From Candidatus Latescibacterota bacterium (GTDB taxonomy: Bacteria; Latescibacterota; UBA2968; UBA8231): a stretch of 64,000 nt of DNA. The first letter of the stretch is position 1; each line of letters opens with the position of its first letter. The position numbers and the translations under genes were made by a program. Positions 18,808-28,800 of the stretch are shown here, in pieces. The stretch is from contig OZ252098.1 in assembly GCA_965248355.1 (NCBI GenBank), positions 5,280,001 through 5,344,000 of the forward strand, given 5' to 3'. Under the pieces are notes generated by a model that searched no databases, had not been told where the DNA came from, and saw only the letters and a program-made list of their open reading frames with translations.

Positions 18808-19950
18808 CTACCAGTCCTGCACGGCCCCGTCCGGCCGGCGCAGGTGGGGCGGCTCGTGATCGTCGGCGCCGAGCCGCCGGGCCGCCTGCACGTCCAGGTC
18901 GATCCCCAGCCCCGGCCGATCCGAGGCCAGCAGGTACCCGTCCTCGACGCGCAGGTCGTGCTCCACCACCTCGCTCATGGCCGCCGAGGGCGGCGCGAAC
19001 TCCTGCACGGCGCAGTTGGCGATCGACAGGTTCAGATGCAGCATGGCCGCCGAGCTCACCGGGCTCGAGGTGTAGTGGGTGGCCAGCTCCTGGTAGTGGA
19101 CCTCGGCCAGGTGGGCCAGCTTCCGGCCCTCGGTGATGCCGCCGGTGTGGCAGATGTCGACGCGCAGGTAGTCGATCAGCTCGCCCTCGATCAGCTCGCG
19201 GTAGGCCCACTTGTCGTGCAGCTGCTCGCCGGTGCCGATCGGTACCGAGGTGTGCTCGCGCAGGGTGCGGAAGGCGCCGGGGTTCTCCGAGCGGATCGGG
19301 TCTTCGACGAAGAACGGCCGCAGCCCCTCCAGTTGCCGGCACAACTCGATGGCTCGCGCCGGCGACAGCCGCGTGTGGACCTCGAAGATGATCTCCACCT
19401 CCGGCCCGACCGCCTCGCGCAGAGCGGTCATGTGAGCGACTCCGTTGAGGATCGCGCGGCGCGGGTCGAAACCGACGTCGGCCCGGTGGTCGGTGCCGCG
19501 GCCGGCGACGATCGGCGAGATGCGCAACACCTTCCAGCCCTCGTCGAGCAGGGCGCGGGAGCTCTCGACCAGCCGGTCCGGCGTGGCGCCGCCGACGTGC
19601 CGGTAGAGGAGGACCTTGTCGCGGGCGAGGCCGCCGAGGAGGCGGTACGCGGGCACGCCGAGGGCCTTGGCGTTGAGGTCCCACAGGGCGATGTCGACGC
19701 CGGCCAGCGCCGACTGCAGCACCGGTCCTCCGCGCCAGAAGGTACCGCGGAACAGATCCTGCCAGATGAACTCGATGCGGGTGGCGTCCTGGCCGATCAG
19801 CAGGGGCGTGAGGTGGTCGAACGCGGCCACCACGGCCCGGTTGCGGCCGCTGAGGCTGGCCTCGCCGATGCCGTACACGCCTTCGTCGGTATCGATCTTG
19901 ACGTAGACGAAGCTGGCGAAGGGAACCACGTCGACCCGGGTGATCTTCAC
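18808..19950 (-). CDS. Mandelate racemase/galactonate dehydratase-like enolase-superfamily enzyme
   Basis: TDEGVYGIGE, DIALWDL, FEVH, FVEDP, GEQL, GGITE, terminal DGAVQDW. Confidence 0.92.
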   Translation of the reverse strand: MKITRVDVVPFASFVYVKIDTDEGVYGIGEASLSGRNRAVVAAFDHLTPLLIGQDATRIEFIWQDLFRGTFWRGGPVLQSALAGVDIALWDLNAKALGVPAYRLLGGLARDKVLLYRHVGGATPDRLVESSRALLDEGWKVLRISPIVAGRGTDHRADVGFDPRRAILNGVAHMTALREAVGPEVEIIFEVHTRLSPARAIELCRQLEGLRPFFVEDPIRSENPGAFRTLREHTSVPIGTGEQLHDKWAYRELIEGELIDYLRVDICHTGGITEGRKLAHLAEVHYQELATHYTSSPVSSAAMLHLNLSIANCAVQEFAPPSAAMSEVVEHDLRVEDGYLLASDRPGLGIDLDVQAARRLGADDHEPPHLRRPDGAVQDW

Positions 19951-20020
19951 GGGGGACTTCCTTTCCGTTGGAGAGGCCCGGAAATAGGCTGTACCAGCCC
20001 CGTTCGGCAACCGGCGGTCC
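19907..20020. repeat. ~114-bp direct repeat, copy 1 (upstream region, RBS and first ~14 codons of the dehydratase gene)
   Basis: Near-identical to 21753-21865, differing by a few substitutions and a 1-nt indel. Confidence 0.95.
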
Positions 20021-20119
20021 GATGCGAGCACGGGTGGTCCGCCCGCTTCTCCGCCTCCATCGCCACCTCGTGCCGGTCCCGGGTTCCGACGGATCGCAGT
20101 TCGAGCCTGGTGCCTCGGC

Positions 20120-21796
20120 TCACGAGGGCATCACGGTGACGTCAATCTCGTCGATGACGATATCGCCACCGGAGCCGTTTTCCACCTCCGCCAGCCTTGC
20201 GCCGAGTGTATTGTCCCCATCGAGCATGTAGTCCGTGCCGAGGTCGAACATGAGGGTCGAGTAGGCTGGGAGCGGACGCCCGATGTTGGTAGAGCGGCCG
20301 TTTGCGTGCCACATCCGACGGACGCGCTCGTCGGGGATCGCCACCCCGTTCATGTCGAACACCAGACGCTCTTCGGGCCGAAGGTTCTGGGCACGGACCG
20401 CCATGCAGGCGTGGCCGACTTCGTCCCACTGCTCGCACAGACGCAGCCGGTACTCTTGACGGACGCCGGGCGCCTCACGGCTCAGGACGATCCTGTCGTC
20501 CTTCATGGCGCCGGTCGAAGCCATGCCAGGCGCGCCTTGGTAGTCCACCCCTCCGAACATCGACCGGAACAGGTATGTGCGGTGGCGTGCCTTGATGGTT
20601 TCGGGGTCCTTGAGCTCCCTGAGCAGGGCCAATTCTCCGGGGAACCCGCCAATGAGATTCCCCGTGTACTGCTCCTGGAAGTTGAAGCTCGAAACGCCGT
20701 CGGCCCCGGCTCCGTACATGTTGTTGGCGAGTGCGCGGTAGTTGTCCGAGGTCATCGGACGCAGGTATACCCGGGACTGAAACGCCATATGGTCCCCCGT
20801 GCCGCTCTCGCCGGTATCCGGCTGGAGCGCCCAAGGGACAGTGTCGCTCCGTGCGTCGGTTGCCGAGCAGAACGGCAGGACTCCCGGAAGCAGGCGGCAG
20901 GCAGTCCCTTCCGCAAGCCTGGAAAATTCCTCCCATGGCGCGTTGTGGTTCGAGTACATGGAGTTGCTTGGGCTCGCGTAGTCAAGAATACCCGTGGTGA
21001 TCCACGTGGGAAGATCAAGGCCGCAATCGTGGCACTCGTCGACGGTCTCCGGAACACGGACGCCAAGAAGCAGTTTCCTACCCTTGTTGCGCGCCTCATC
21101 GTCCAGCATATCGCGGATGCGTTGCACCAGTTCCGTCATCAGGTGCTGCCGTTCCCGAGAAATCGAGCGGGGGTAAGGGAAGTGATTGTCGCTGCGGAAG
21201 GTTATCTCGATGCCGTCCACGTCGAAACGGCGCGCGATCTCCTCAATCGCCCCGAAATGGAAGTCCCTCACCTCGCGGAACGAGAAATCGAGCGTGTTAC
21301 CCGGCTTGCTCAGCGGCCCCGGCGGGGGGGCTCTCAGGATGAACTCCGGGTGATCGAACATCCACCGGGCGCCCTGTGTGGGCGCGCCGTGGTCGTCGCC
21401 GAACCGGGCCCCCGCGATGAACTTCATCCCGCGCTGGTGCGCCTGGTCGCTGAATACCTCGATGGGATTGATGCCCCGATCCAGCATGGGCATCCAGCGG
21501 CGATGCTGCGGCCGCTGATCGTACTCGTAGGTGTCGGAGTAGAAGTGCAGCACCCACCCCTGTCCGAAGACCTCCTGCCCAAGCGCGTCCGCCCCACTCA
21601 GAGCGAAGTGGTCGACGAGCTTGCGGATCTGTTCGGGAGTTGCCGGATCGCTGACGAACGGTTCCCGTGCGTGACTCGAAAGGTCGGCGACGAACAGCAG
21701 GCGGATATCGCCCCTGGGCTTGATCGGTCTCGGTCCCGGCGGTGTCGAAGCCACGAAGCCGGCGAAGGGAACCACGTCGACCCGGGTGATCTTCAC
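20120..21796 (-). CDS. TIM-barrel glycoside hydrolase-like protein (GHL10/DUF187-like) with C-terminal beta-sandwich
   Basis: AHQRGMKF, LDFSFREVRD, FDVDGIEITF, GADGVSSFN. N-terminus VKITRVDVVPFAGFV is copied from the neighbouring gene; visibly lower GC. Confidence 0.7.
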   Translation of the reverse strand: MKITRVDVVPFAGFVASTPPGPRPIKPRGDIRLLFVADLSSHAREPFVSDPATPEQIRKLVDHFALSGADALGQEVFGQGWVLHFYSDTYEYDQRPQHRRWMPMLDRGINPIEVFSDQAHQRGMKFIAGARFGDDHGAPTQGARWMFDHPEFILRAPPPGPLSKPGNTLDFSFREVRDFHFGAIEEIARRFDVDGIEITFRSDNHFPYPRSISRERQHLMTELVQRIRDMLDDEARNKGRKLLLGVRVPETVDECHDCGLDLPTWITTGILDYASPSNSMYSNHNAPWEEFSRLAEGTACRLLPGVLPFCSATDARSDTVPWALQPDTGESGTGDHMAFQSRVYLRPMTSDNYRALANNMYGAGADGVSSFNFQEQYTGNLIGGFPGELALLRELKDPETIKARHRTYLFRSMFGGVDYQGAPGMASTGAMKDDRIVLSREAPGVRQEYRLRLCEQWDEVGHACMAVRAQNLRPEERLVFDMNGVAIPDERVRRMWHANGRSTNIGRPLPAYSTLMFDLGTDYMLDGDNTLGARLAEVENGSGGDIVIDEIDVTVMPS

Positions 21797-21865
21797 GGGG
21801 GACTCCTTTCCGTTGGGGAGGCCCGGAAATAGGTTGTACCCGCCCCGTCCGGCAACCCGCGGTCC
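21753..21865. repeat. ~113-bp direct repeat, copy 2
   Basis: Matches 19907-20020. Confidence 0.95.
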
Positions 21866-21920
21866 CGGGCTGCCACCGGCGAGCCGAGCCATCCCTTCTC
21901 CCATTCCACATCTCTGGCCG

Positions 21921-23000
21921 TTGCCGGCCCTGGTCGTCATCGCCTGCGCGCCGACGCTGGAGAGCCAGCTGTGGAAGGCGACCCGCAAGACGGACACGAT
22001 CCCGGCCTACGAGTCGTTTCTCGAAAGCTACTCCGGCGGCCCCCGGTCCGAGGCGGCGCGGGAGCGCCTGCGGGCGCTCTACGAGGCCCTGCGGCGGGTC
22101 GAGTCCGTCCACCTCGAGATCCGCCAGAGCTACGTCCACGGTCGCGCCGGCCGGGAGATCGACGGCCTTGCGCTGCCCGTCGCGCAGACGGCGGCGGCCC
22201 TGCTGCGGCAGGCGGGGCTGAGGATCGCGCCGGACGGGGCCGGGGCCGCCGATGGTATGCTGCGCCTGCGCCTCGAGGGACGCGCCGTGAGCCGGCCCTA
22301 CGCGCCGGTGAACGAGCGCAACCTGCCCCTGAGCGCCGTGACGAGGCGGTACGCCGGCGCCGTCCTGCGCGGGTCGATCTTGCTGTCGACAGGGGGGGAA
22401 AGGCTCTACGACCAGTCCTTCGACGGCATGTACAGCCCGCCGGAGCGCATCGACTCGGAGGACTTCCCGCGGCCCGAGAACGCGCCCTTCGAGGCAGCCT
22501 TCCACACCATCGTGGCGCCCGAGCTGGCGGTCATGATCGGACGGCTCTACGGCCCCGGGCCGCTGGTCGATACCGCGATGGAAGGCTCGTTGCCCCTGCG
22601 GGTCGCGGCCATCGAGGCCCTGGGCGGCGTGGGCGACTCGACATCGGTACAACCGCTGCGGACGATGCTGGGCGGGACTGCCAACTTCCAGCTCCAGCAG
22701 GCTCTTGTGACCGCCCTCGGCCGGATCGGGGACGCCCGCGCCGCGGTGGACCTGGTGGAGGTGCTGCGCTCCGCCTTCGATCCGGCGCTGCGCGCTGGCG
22801 CCGCCGAGGCCCTGGGCCGGATCGGCGGCGAGACCGCCGTGCCGCTGCTGATCGAGGTGCTGCGCCGTGACGCCCCACCCGTGCGGCGGCAGGCGGCCAA
22901 CGCCCTGGGGTCGCTGACCGGCCAGAGCTGGGGCACCGACGCCGACGCCTGGAGCCGCTGGTGGGAGAGCCGTGGGTCGACGCCGGCGCCGCCACCCTGA
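21921..23000 (+). CDS. HEAT-repeat putative lipoprotein (start uncertain)
   Basis: LVVIAC lipobox-like; C-terminal HEAT/PBS repeats (RVAAIEALG, RAGAAEALGRIG, RRQAANALG). Confidence 0.75.
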   Translation: MPALVVIACAPTLESQLWKATRKTDTIPAYESFLESYSGGPRSEAARERLRALYEALRRVESVHLEIRQSYVHGRAGREIDGLALPVAQTAAALLRQAGLRIAPDGAGAADGMLRLRLEGRAVSRPYAPVNERNLPLSAVTRRYAGAVLRGSILLSTGGERLYDQSFDGMYSPPERIDSEDFPRPENAPFEAAFHTIVAPELAVMIGRLYGPGPLVDTAMEGSLPLRVAAIEALGGVGDSTSVQPLRTMLGGTANFQLQQALVTALGRIGDARAAVDLVEVLRSAFDPALRAGAAEALGRIGGETAVPLLIEVLRRDAPPVRRQAANALGSLTGQSWGTDADAWSRWWESRGSTPAPPP

Positions 23001-23102
23001 CGAGGGGCGAAGCCCGTGGTGGGGGGGTCACCCTTTCCTTACCGGCCAGGCTCCGTGTACCCTTTCCGGGGCGGCTGCTTCGGGACCGCTGCCGAAACCG
23101 AG

Positions 23103-23960
23103 ATGATACCCTTGAATGAGTTGCTGAAACCGCAAGCGTACCCGACCGGCAGGTCGTCGCCGCGGCGCGTTGCGCTGCTGGCCGCCCATGAACAGCCGCC
23201 CTGTGAGGTCGTCAACCCGTCGGGCCGGGGGTTGATGGTGCTCACCTGCGACCACGCCTCCCACGCCGTGCCCGCGGCCTTGAAAGACCTGGGCCTCGAC
23301 CCGGCGGACCTGCGGCGCCACATCGGCTGGGACGCGGGCGCCGCCGAGCTGGCCCGCCGGCTCTCGCGGCGGTTCGATGTTCCCGCCGTGCTGTCCGGGT
23401 ACTCGCGCCTGGTCATCGACTGCAACCGCAGGCCCGGCCATCCGGAGTCGATCCTGTCCGAGAGCGACGGCACCCCGGTCCCCGGCAACCGCGGCCTCAC
23501 GCCGCAGGAGGCGGAGGGGCGCGCGCGGGCCCTGTTCTTTCCCTATCACGAGGCCATCGCCGGGATCCTCGGCCGCTTCCGCTCGCGGGGGGAGACACCG
23601 GCCTTCGTCGCCCTCCACACCTTCACGCCGAATCTCAACGGCCGGGACCGCCCCTGGCACTTCGGCGTGCTCTGGGACCGCGACGCCCGCATCGCCCGGC
23701 CCCTGATCGAGGCCCTGCGCCGGCACCCGGGGCTGACCGTCGGCGACAACGAGCCCTACTCCGGCCGCGATCTCTACACCTTCTCCAACGCCTACCACGC
23801 CGTGCCGGCCAGGCTCCCGAACGCCATGATCGAGATCCGCCAGGACCTGCTGGCCGACGAGGCCGGGATCGCGCGTTGCGAGCGGATCCTGGCCGGGGCG
23901 CTGGAGGAGGTTCTGACCGGGTCCAGCCTGCGCCAGGAGAGTGACGATGACCTTGCGTGA
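23103..23960 (+). CDS. N-formylglutamate amidohydrolase family protein
   Basis: TCDHAS, HIGWDAG, SRLVIDCNR, LHTFTP, GDNEPY, IEIRQDL. Confidence 0.92.
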   Translation: MIPLNELLKPQAYPTGRSSPRRVALLAAHEQPPCEVVNPSGRGLMVLTCDHASHAVPAALKDLGLDPADLRRHIGWDAGAAELARRLSRRFDVPAVLSGYSRLVIDCNRRPGHPESILSESDGTPVPGNRGLTPQEAEGRARALFFPYHEAIAGILGRFRSRGETPAFVALHTFTPNLNGRDRPWHFGVLWDRDARIARPLIEALRRHPGLTVGDNEPYSGRDLYTFSNAYHAVPARLPNAMIEIRQDLLADEAGIARCERILAGALEEVLTGSSLRQESDDDLA

Positions 23961-25083
23961 GCCCAGCTTCAGCCTCGGCGTCGAGGAGGAGTATCTGTTG
24001 GTCGACCGGGGCACGCGGGACCTGGTGAGTGAGCCGCATCCGGAGCTGATCGAGCGTTTGGAGAGGGAACTGGGCGGACACTTCAGCCCGGAGTTCCTGC
24101 GGCCCCAGGTCGAGGTCGGCACCTCGGTGCGCGCCTCCACGGCCGAGGTGCGCGCCGACCTGGAGCACCTGCGGCGCACCGTCGCCGGCATCGCCGCCGG
24201 TCACGGCCTCGGCCTCATCGCCGCCTCCACCCATCCCTTCGCCCGCTGGCGGGACCAGAAGCACACCGACAAGCCGCGCTACAACATCCTCCAGGAGGAC
24301 ATGCAGGTCGTCGCCCAGCGCCTGCTCATCTGCGGCATGCACGTCCACGTGGGCATCGAGGACGACGAGCTGCGCGTCGACATCCTCAACCAGGTCTCCT
24401 ACTTCCTCCCCCACCTGCTGGCTTTGAGCACCTCCTCGCCCTTCTGGGAGGGCACCGAGACGGGCCTGCAGTCCTACCGCCTGTGCGTCTTCGACGAGCT
24501 GCCCCGCACCGGCCTGCCCGAGCGCTTCGAGAGCCACGACGAGTACCGCCGCACGGTGGACCTGATGACCGCGGCGGGCCTGATCGAGGACGCCACCAAG
24601 CTGTGGTGGGACGTGCGCCCGAGCGCCCGCTTCCCCACCCTCGAGATGCGCGTCACCGACGTGTGCACGCGCCTGGAGGACGCCCTCTGCTGCACCGCCC
24701 TGTTCCGCTGCATCTGCCGCATGCTCTTCCGGCTGCGGCGCGACAACCAGCGCTGGCGGATCTACACCCGCACCCTGGTGGACGAGAACCGCTGGCGCGC
24801 CCAGCGCTACGGCATCGACGAGGGCATGGTCGACTTCGGCCGCGGCGAGATCGTGGCCTTCCCGCAGCTGGTGGACGAGCTGCTGAACCTGGTCCGGGAG
24901 GACGCCGAGCACTTCGGCTGCGTCGCCGAGGTGGAGCACGCCCGCACGATCGTCGAGCGGGGGACCAGCTCCCACATGCAGGCGGAGTGCTACCGGAAGG
25001 CGTTGCAGGACGGCGCCACGCGCGAGGAGGCGCTGAGGGGGGTGGTGGATGTTCTCATGAAGGCGACGCTGGCGGGGTTCTAA
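23947..25083 (+). CDS. Carboxylate-amine ligase (YbdK/GCS2 family)
   Basis: LGVEEEY, CGMHVHVG, ALSTSSPFW, WWDVRP, TLEMRVTD, ENRWRAQRYG. Confidence 0.93.
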   Translation: MTLREPSFSLGVEEEYLLVDRGTRDLVSEPHPELIERLERELGGHFSPEFLRPQVEVGTSVRASTAEVRADLEHLRRTVAGIAAGHGLGLIAASTHPFARWRDQKHTDKPRYNILQEDMQVVAQRLLICGMHVHVGIEDDELRVDILNQVSYFLPHLLALSTSSPFWEGTETGLQSYRLCVFDELPRTGLPERFESHDEYRRTVDLMTAAGLIEDATKLWWDVRPSARFPTLEMRVTDVCTRLEDALCCTALFRCICRMLFRLRRDNQRWRIYTRTLVDENRWRAQRYGIDEGMVDFGRGEIVAFPQLVDELLNLVREDAEHFGCVAEVEHARTIVERGTSSHMQAECYRKALQDGATREEALRGVVDVLMKATLAGF

Positions 25084-25125
25084 GGGTGAGGTCCGGCCGG
25101 AACGGAGCCCGCGTTCACCTGTGCA

Positions 25126-25157
25126 TTGACCCGAAAACGCCAGGGGGGGGGTATGCT
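25126..25157 (+). promoter_or_regulatory. Candidate sigma-70 promoter with a G9 tract in the spacer
   Basis: TTGACC (25126-31), 20-nt spacer containing G9 (25143-51), TATGCT (25152-57); upstream of the DNA methyltransferase. Confidence 0.45.
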
Positions 25158-25217
25158 GCTTGGAGCATGCTTGAAGACGGTTGTCTTCCCCGCATGCCTC
25201 AAGAGGAAAGGAACAAG

Positions 25218-26177
25218 ATGGCGAAGAGTCAGGAATCTGGTCGGACCGAAATGGATGACATCGTTGTCGAACTCACTGAGTTCCGGCAAACATCGCACGG
25301 CGCCGAAATCATCCTCTATCAGCGGGATTGCATCTCGGGGATGCAGGAGTTGCTGGAGCCGGAGTCGATCGACGTCGTGGTGACTTCGCCTCCCTACAAC
25401 CTCGGCGTCGCCTACCGGTCCTACGACGACACCGTGCCGCGAGCCGAGTACCTGGACTGGATCGAGGCCTGGGGGGAGGCGCTCCGGAGGGTGCTGAGTC
25501 GCGGAGGATCGCTGTTCCTCAATGTCGGGGGGAAACCGTCGGAGCCTTGGGGGCCCTTCGACATTCTTCAGCGGCTTCGGAAGCTGTTCGCACTGCAGAA
25601 CACGTTCCACTGGATCAAGTCGATCGCCATCGACGCTGACCACGCCGGGAGCGCTGGTGCCCGAAGCGGTCGTGCTCTCGCCAACAGTGTCTCGGTAGGT
25701 CACTACAAGCCCATAAACAGCAGTCGGTACGTCAACGACTGCCACGAGTACATCTTTCACCTGACCAGGTTCGGGGACGTCGAACTGGATCGACTTGCGG
25801 TCGGCGTGGAGTACCAGGACAAGTCCAACATAGGCCGATGGTCAGCGGCAAAGGAAGATCTGCGATGCCGCGGCAACACGTGGTTCGTTCCCTACCAGAC
25901 GATCCAGAGCCGCGAGAAGGAACGGCCGCACCCGGCGACGTTTCCGATCCGATTGCCCGAGATGTGCATCCGGCTGCACGGACTGCAACGGGTCGATCGC
26001 GTCATGGATCCGTTCCTGGGACTCGGACACACGGCGCTGGCATGCAAGGCGCTGGGAGTCCCTTTCCTGGGTTTCGAGCTGGATGAGGGATACTTCGAGG
26101 AAGCGCGCCACTTGCTCGAAACCTTCGACCCTGCGGCGATGGACAGGGCGAGCCGGGATCAGTTGTCTCTTTTCTGA
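25218..26177 (+). CDS. Orphan amino-DNA methyltransferase, beta class (probably N4-cytosine)
   Basis: VVTSPPYN precedes HPATFP and DPFLGLG...GFELD; no adjacent endonuclease. Confidence 0.9.
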   Translation: MAKSQESGRTEMDDIVVELTEFRQTSHGAEIILYQRDCISGMQELLEPESIDVVVTSPPYNLGVAYRSYDDTVPRAEYLDWIEAWGEALRRVLSRGGSLFLNVGGKPSEPWGPFDILQRLRKLFALQNTFHWIKSIAIDADHAGSAGARSGRALANSVSVGHYKPINSSRYVNDCHEYIFHLTRFGDVELDRLAVGVEYQDKSNIGRWSAAKEDLRCRGNTWFVPYQTIQSREKERPHPATFPIRLPEMCIRLHGLQRVDRVMDPFLGLGHTALACKALGVPFLGFELDEGYFEEARHLLETFDPAAMDRASRDQLSLF

Positions 26178-26280
26178 GGGCGGCGGACACTGCGCCGGCG
26201 GGCATCGGGCTTGACTTCGTCCACGAAAAGGGGATGATAGGGGAGCTTGTGCCCGGGACCCAGCAGAAGGAGGCCCTCCC

Positions 26281-26682
26281 TTGGGACTCACCTACCTCGA
26301 CATCGACCTCGCCAATCCCGCCCGGCCGGAGGACTTCCGCACCGAGCAGTTTCTGATCGACTCGGGGGCCGTCTATTCGGTGGTCCAAGGTCCGGTCCTG
26401 GAGGACCTGGGCATCCAGCCCCACTCACGCCGGACCTTTACCCTGGCCAATGGCGATCAGATCGAACGCCCCTTGGGGGATGCCCTGTTCCGTTACAAGG
26501 AGCACCGGGGGGCCGCGCCGGTCATCTTCGGCGAGCCCGGCGACAGCAATCTTCTGGGTGTGGTCACCCTCGAGGCTCTGGGCTACGTGCTGGATCCCCT
26601 GAAGCGGGAACTGCGCTCCCTGCCGATGCTGCTGGCGGGGTTGGCTACCGCGCCCGCATCAGAAACACCCGGTCCGTATTGA
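26281..26682 (+). CDS. Clan AA (retropepsin-like) aspartic protease
   Basis: FLIDSGA, LANG, LLGVVTLEALG; RBS AGGAGG. Confidence 0.85.
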   Translation: MGLTYLDIDLANPARPEDFRTEQFLIDSGAVYSVVQGPVLEDLGIQPHSRRTFTLANGDQIERPLGDALFRYKEHRGAAPVIFGEPGDSNLLGVVTLEALGYVLDPLKRELRSLPMLLAGLATAPASETPGPY

Positions 26683-28525
26683 GCACGTCGTTGACGCGGT
26701 CGTCCCAGAAGGCGCCGCCGGCGATCAGCAGCCGGCCGTCGGCGTCGGCCGCCGCGGCCCAGCTCAGCTTCAGGGGCAGGTCGGGGCCCCGGGTCCAGCG
26801 GCCGCTGGCCGGGTCGTAGGCGTAGCTCTCGGTGCGGCCCCCGGCGGCGCTCCCGCCCAACACCCAGACTCGATCCTGAAAGGCCGTGCACAGGGGGGCG
26901 TTGGGCGCCTTGACCGGGTGCTCCACCTCGCTCCAGTGGTCCCGGCCGGGATCGTAGACGAACAGGCCCGGGCACTGGCTCTTGGGTCCCGCGGCGATGT
27001 AGAGGCGGTCGTCGAGGACGCAGCCGCTGGCCTGGTAGACCGTGCCCGGGGGCGGGGTGTCGACGCGCCAGTCCGACTCTCCGGGGCCGATGCTGAGGAG
27101 TTGCGCCACGGGACCTTCCTCGCCGGCGCCGCCCACACCGTAGAGCCGGCCTGCGGCGGTCAGGGCCACCACCTGGCCGGCCTTCTGGGGCAGGGACGGG
27201 CCGAGACGGTAGCGCTGTGTGGCCGGATCGAAGATCTCCACCGTCGCCGTGGGCCGCGTGGCGTCGCCCTCGCCGTGGCGGAAAAGCCCCCCCAGCAGCC
27301 ACAGTTCGTCCTCGAGGACGGCGATGCCGGAGTAGGCCTTGCCGGGCTCCAGCATGGGCGCCTCCACGCGCCAGGTGCCGGTGGGGACGTGGTAGGACCA
27401 CACGTGGTCCAGGTTGACCCACTCGTTGGCGGGCCAGCCGAAGAAGGTCTTGCCGCCGGCGGTGTAGAGGCGGTCGCCGATGCGGGCGAAGATGTTGTCG
27501 TGGTTGCCCGCCGGCATGAGGGGCAGCTCCTCCCAGTGCTCGTGCCAGGGCTTCTCCAGGTCGGCGAAGCGCTGCACCCGCCCCGCCCTCAGCACCCAGA
27601 GACCGCCGGAGCCGGCGTGCAGAATCGCCCGCACCGGGCCCTCGCCCGCCGGCAGGACGTCCCGCCAGGCGGGCGGGTCGTCGGCGTTGACCATCAGCTC
27701 CCGCAGGCTGCCGTCGCCGAACCCCACCAGGAGCTGGGCGCCGCCGCGGCCGATGGCGGTGATGGGGGCGTCCACGGGGTTGGCGAAGGAGCGGTGGCCG
27801 GCCGAGCGGGCGTCGGCGCGCACGAGGGTGTTCTCCACCGCCGCCCAGACGAAGCCGGCGTCGTCGTCGGCCGCGCCGCTCCAGGGGCCGGCGAGCAGGT
27901 CCTCGGGGAGGTCGAGGCGCTGCCAGGCGTGGGGGCCCCGGTCGGTGAGCACGGCCAGGTCCCGCCGCTCGCCGTCGGCGGCCACGGCCCAGACGTTGCC
28001 GAAGGGATCGTCGCAGACGGGGGTGATCTCCCAGCCTGGGGGGACCAGGGGCGCTGCCTCGAAGAGGGCGTCGCCCCGGCGCACGTCGGCGCACCCGGCG
28101 CACCAGACGTCTCCCCAGCGGGTCGCCAGCATCCGCCCCGGCGGCCCCTCGGGACGGAAGGATGGCGTCCGCGAGACCGGGGAGCCCCCGGCCCTCGGAT
28201 AGCGCATGACCTCGTCCCCGAGGGCCATCCACAGGTCGCCGTCCGGGGTGATCTGCAGGCCTCCGATGTGCCCCTCGGCGAAGGTCTCCCAGGAGCCGTT
28301 GTCCTCACCGCCCCGGGCGACCACGCCCCCGGCGCCGGGGACGGCGGCGTAGATGCGGCCGCCGCGGTCCTCGAGCAGGAGACCCGGCCCCTCGGGCAAG
28401 CCCTCGTGCAGGGTCTCGGCGGCGGCGGGAAGGGCCGCGAGGATCCCGGCGGCGGCAAGGAGGCACAGGGTGAGGCCGGTCCGTCGGAGTCGGGGCTGAT
28501 CGGGCGCCATGGCGGGGAACATCAT
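26645..28525 (-). CDS. Exported double beta-propeller protein with six C-terminal Kelch repeats
   Basis: Signal-like TLCLLAAAGILAALPAAA; N-terminal D..G..W repeats; Kelch motifs LYTAGG, LWLLGG, LYGVGG, LYIAAG, VWVLGG, LLIAGG. Confidence 0.8.
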   Translation of the reverse strand: MMFPAMAPDQPRLRRTGLTLCLLAAAGILAALPAAAETLHEGLPEGPGLLLEDRGGRIYAAVPGAGGVVARGGEDNGSWETFAEGHIGGLQITPDGDLWMALGDEVMRYPRAGGSPVSRTPSFRPEGPPGRMLATRWGDVWCAGCADVRRGDALFEAAPLVPPGWEITPVCDDPFGNVWAVAADGERRDLAVLTDRGPHAWQRLDLPEDLLAGPWSGAADDDAGFVWAAVENTLVRADARSAGHRSFANPVDAPITAIGRGGAQLLVGFGDGSLRELMVNADDPPAWRDVLPAGEGPVRAILHAGSGGLWVLRAGRVQRFADLEKPWHEHWEELPLMPAGNHDNIFARIGDRLYTAGGKTFFGWPANEWVNLDHVWSYHVPTGTWRVEAPMLEPGKAYSGIAVLEDELWLLGGLFRHGEGDATRPTATVEIFDPATQRYRLGPSLPQKAGQVVALTAAGRLYGVGGAGEEGPVAQLLSIGPGESDWRVDTPPPGTVYQASGCVLDDRLYIAAGPKSQCPGLFVYDPGRDHWSEVEHPVKAPNAPLCTAFQDRVWVLGGSAAGGRTESYAYDPASGRWTRGPDLPLKLSWAAAADADGRLLIAGGAFWDDRVNDVLNTDRVFLMRAR

Positions 28526-28800
28526 CTTGGTCCTCCGGAGGGGGACGGGTTTCTGCGGTCTTGCGAGCCGACAACTCACCCGACGGCCGGCGGTGGGCAC
28601 CGGGCCGACGCGGGTCGTGGCGGCTGCGGCGAGAGCCGACAACATACCCCGAGGGCCGGCGGCGGGCCAAGGAGGAAGCCCAGCCGGCCGGCGTTGGGCC
28701 AAGGAGGCGGCCCCCGGCCAGGCGGCGCCTGCGGGTCCCCGCCGCCATGTCCTACCTTTGACAGCGCAACCGATCCACACCGTCACCCCGGGGGCAAAGC

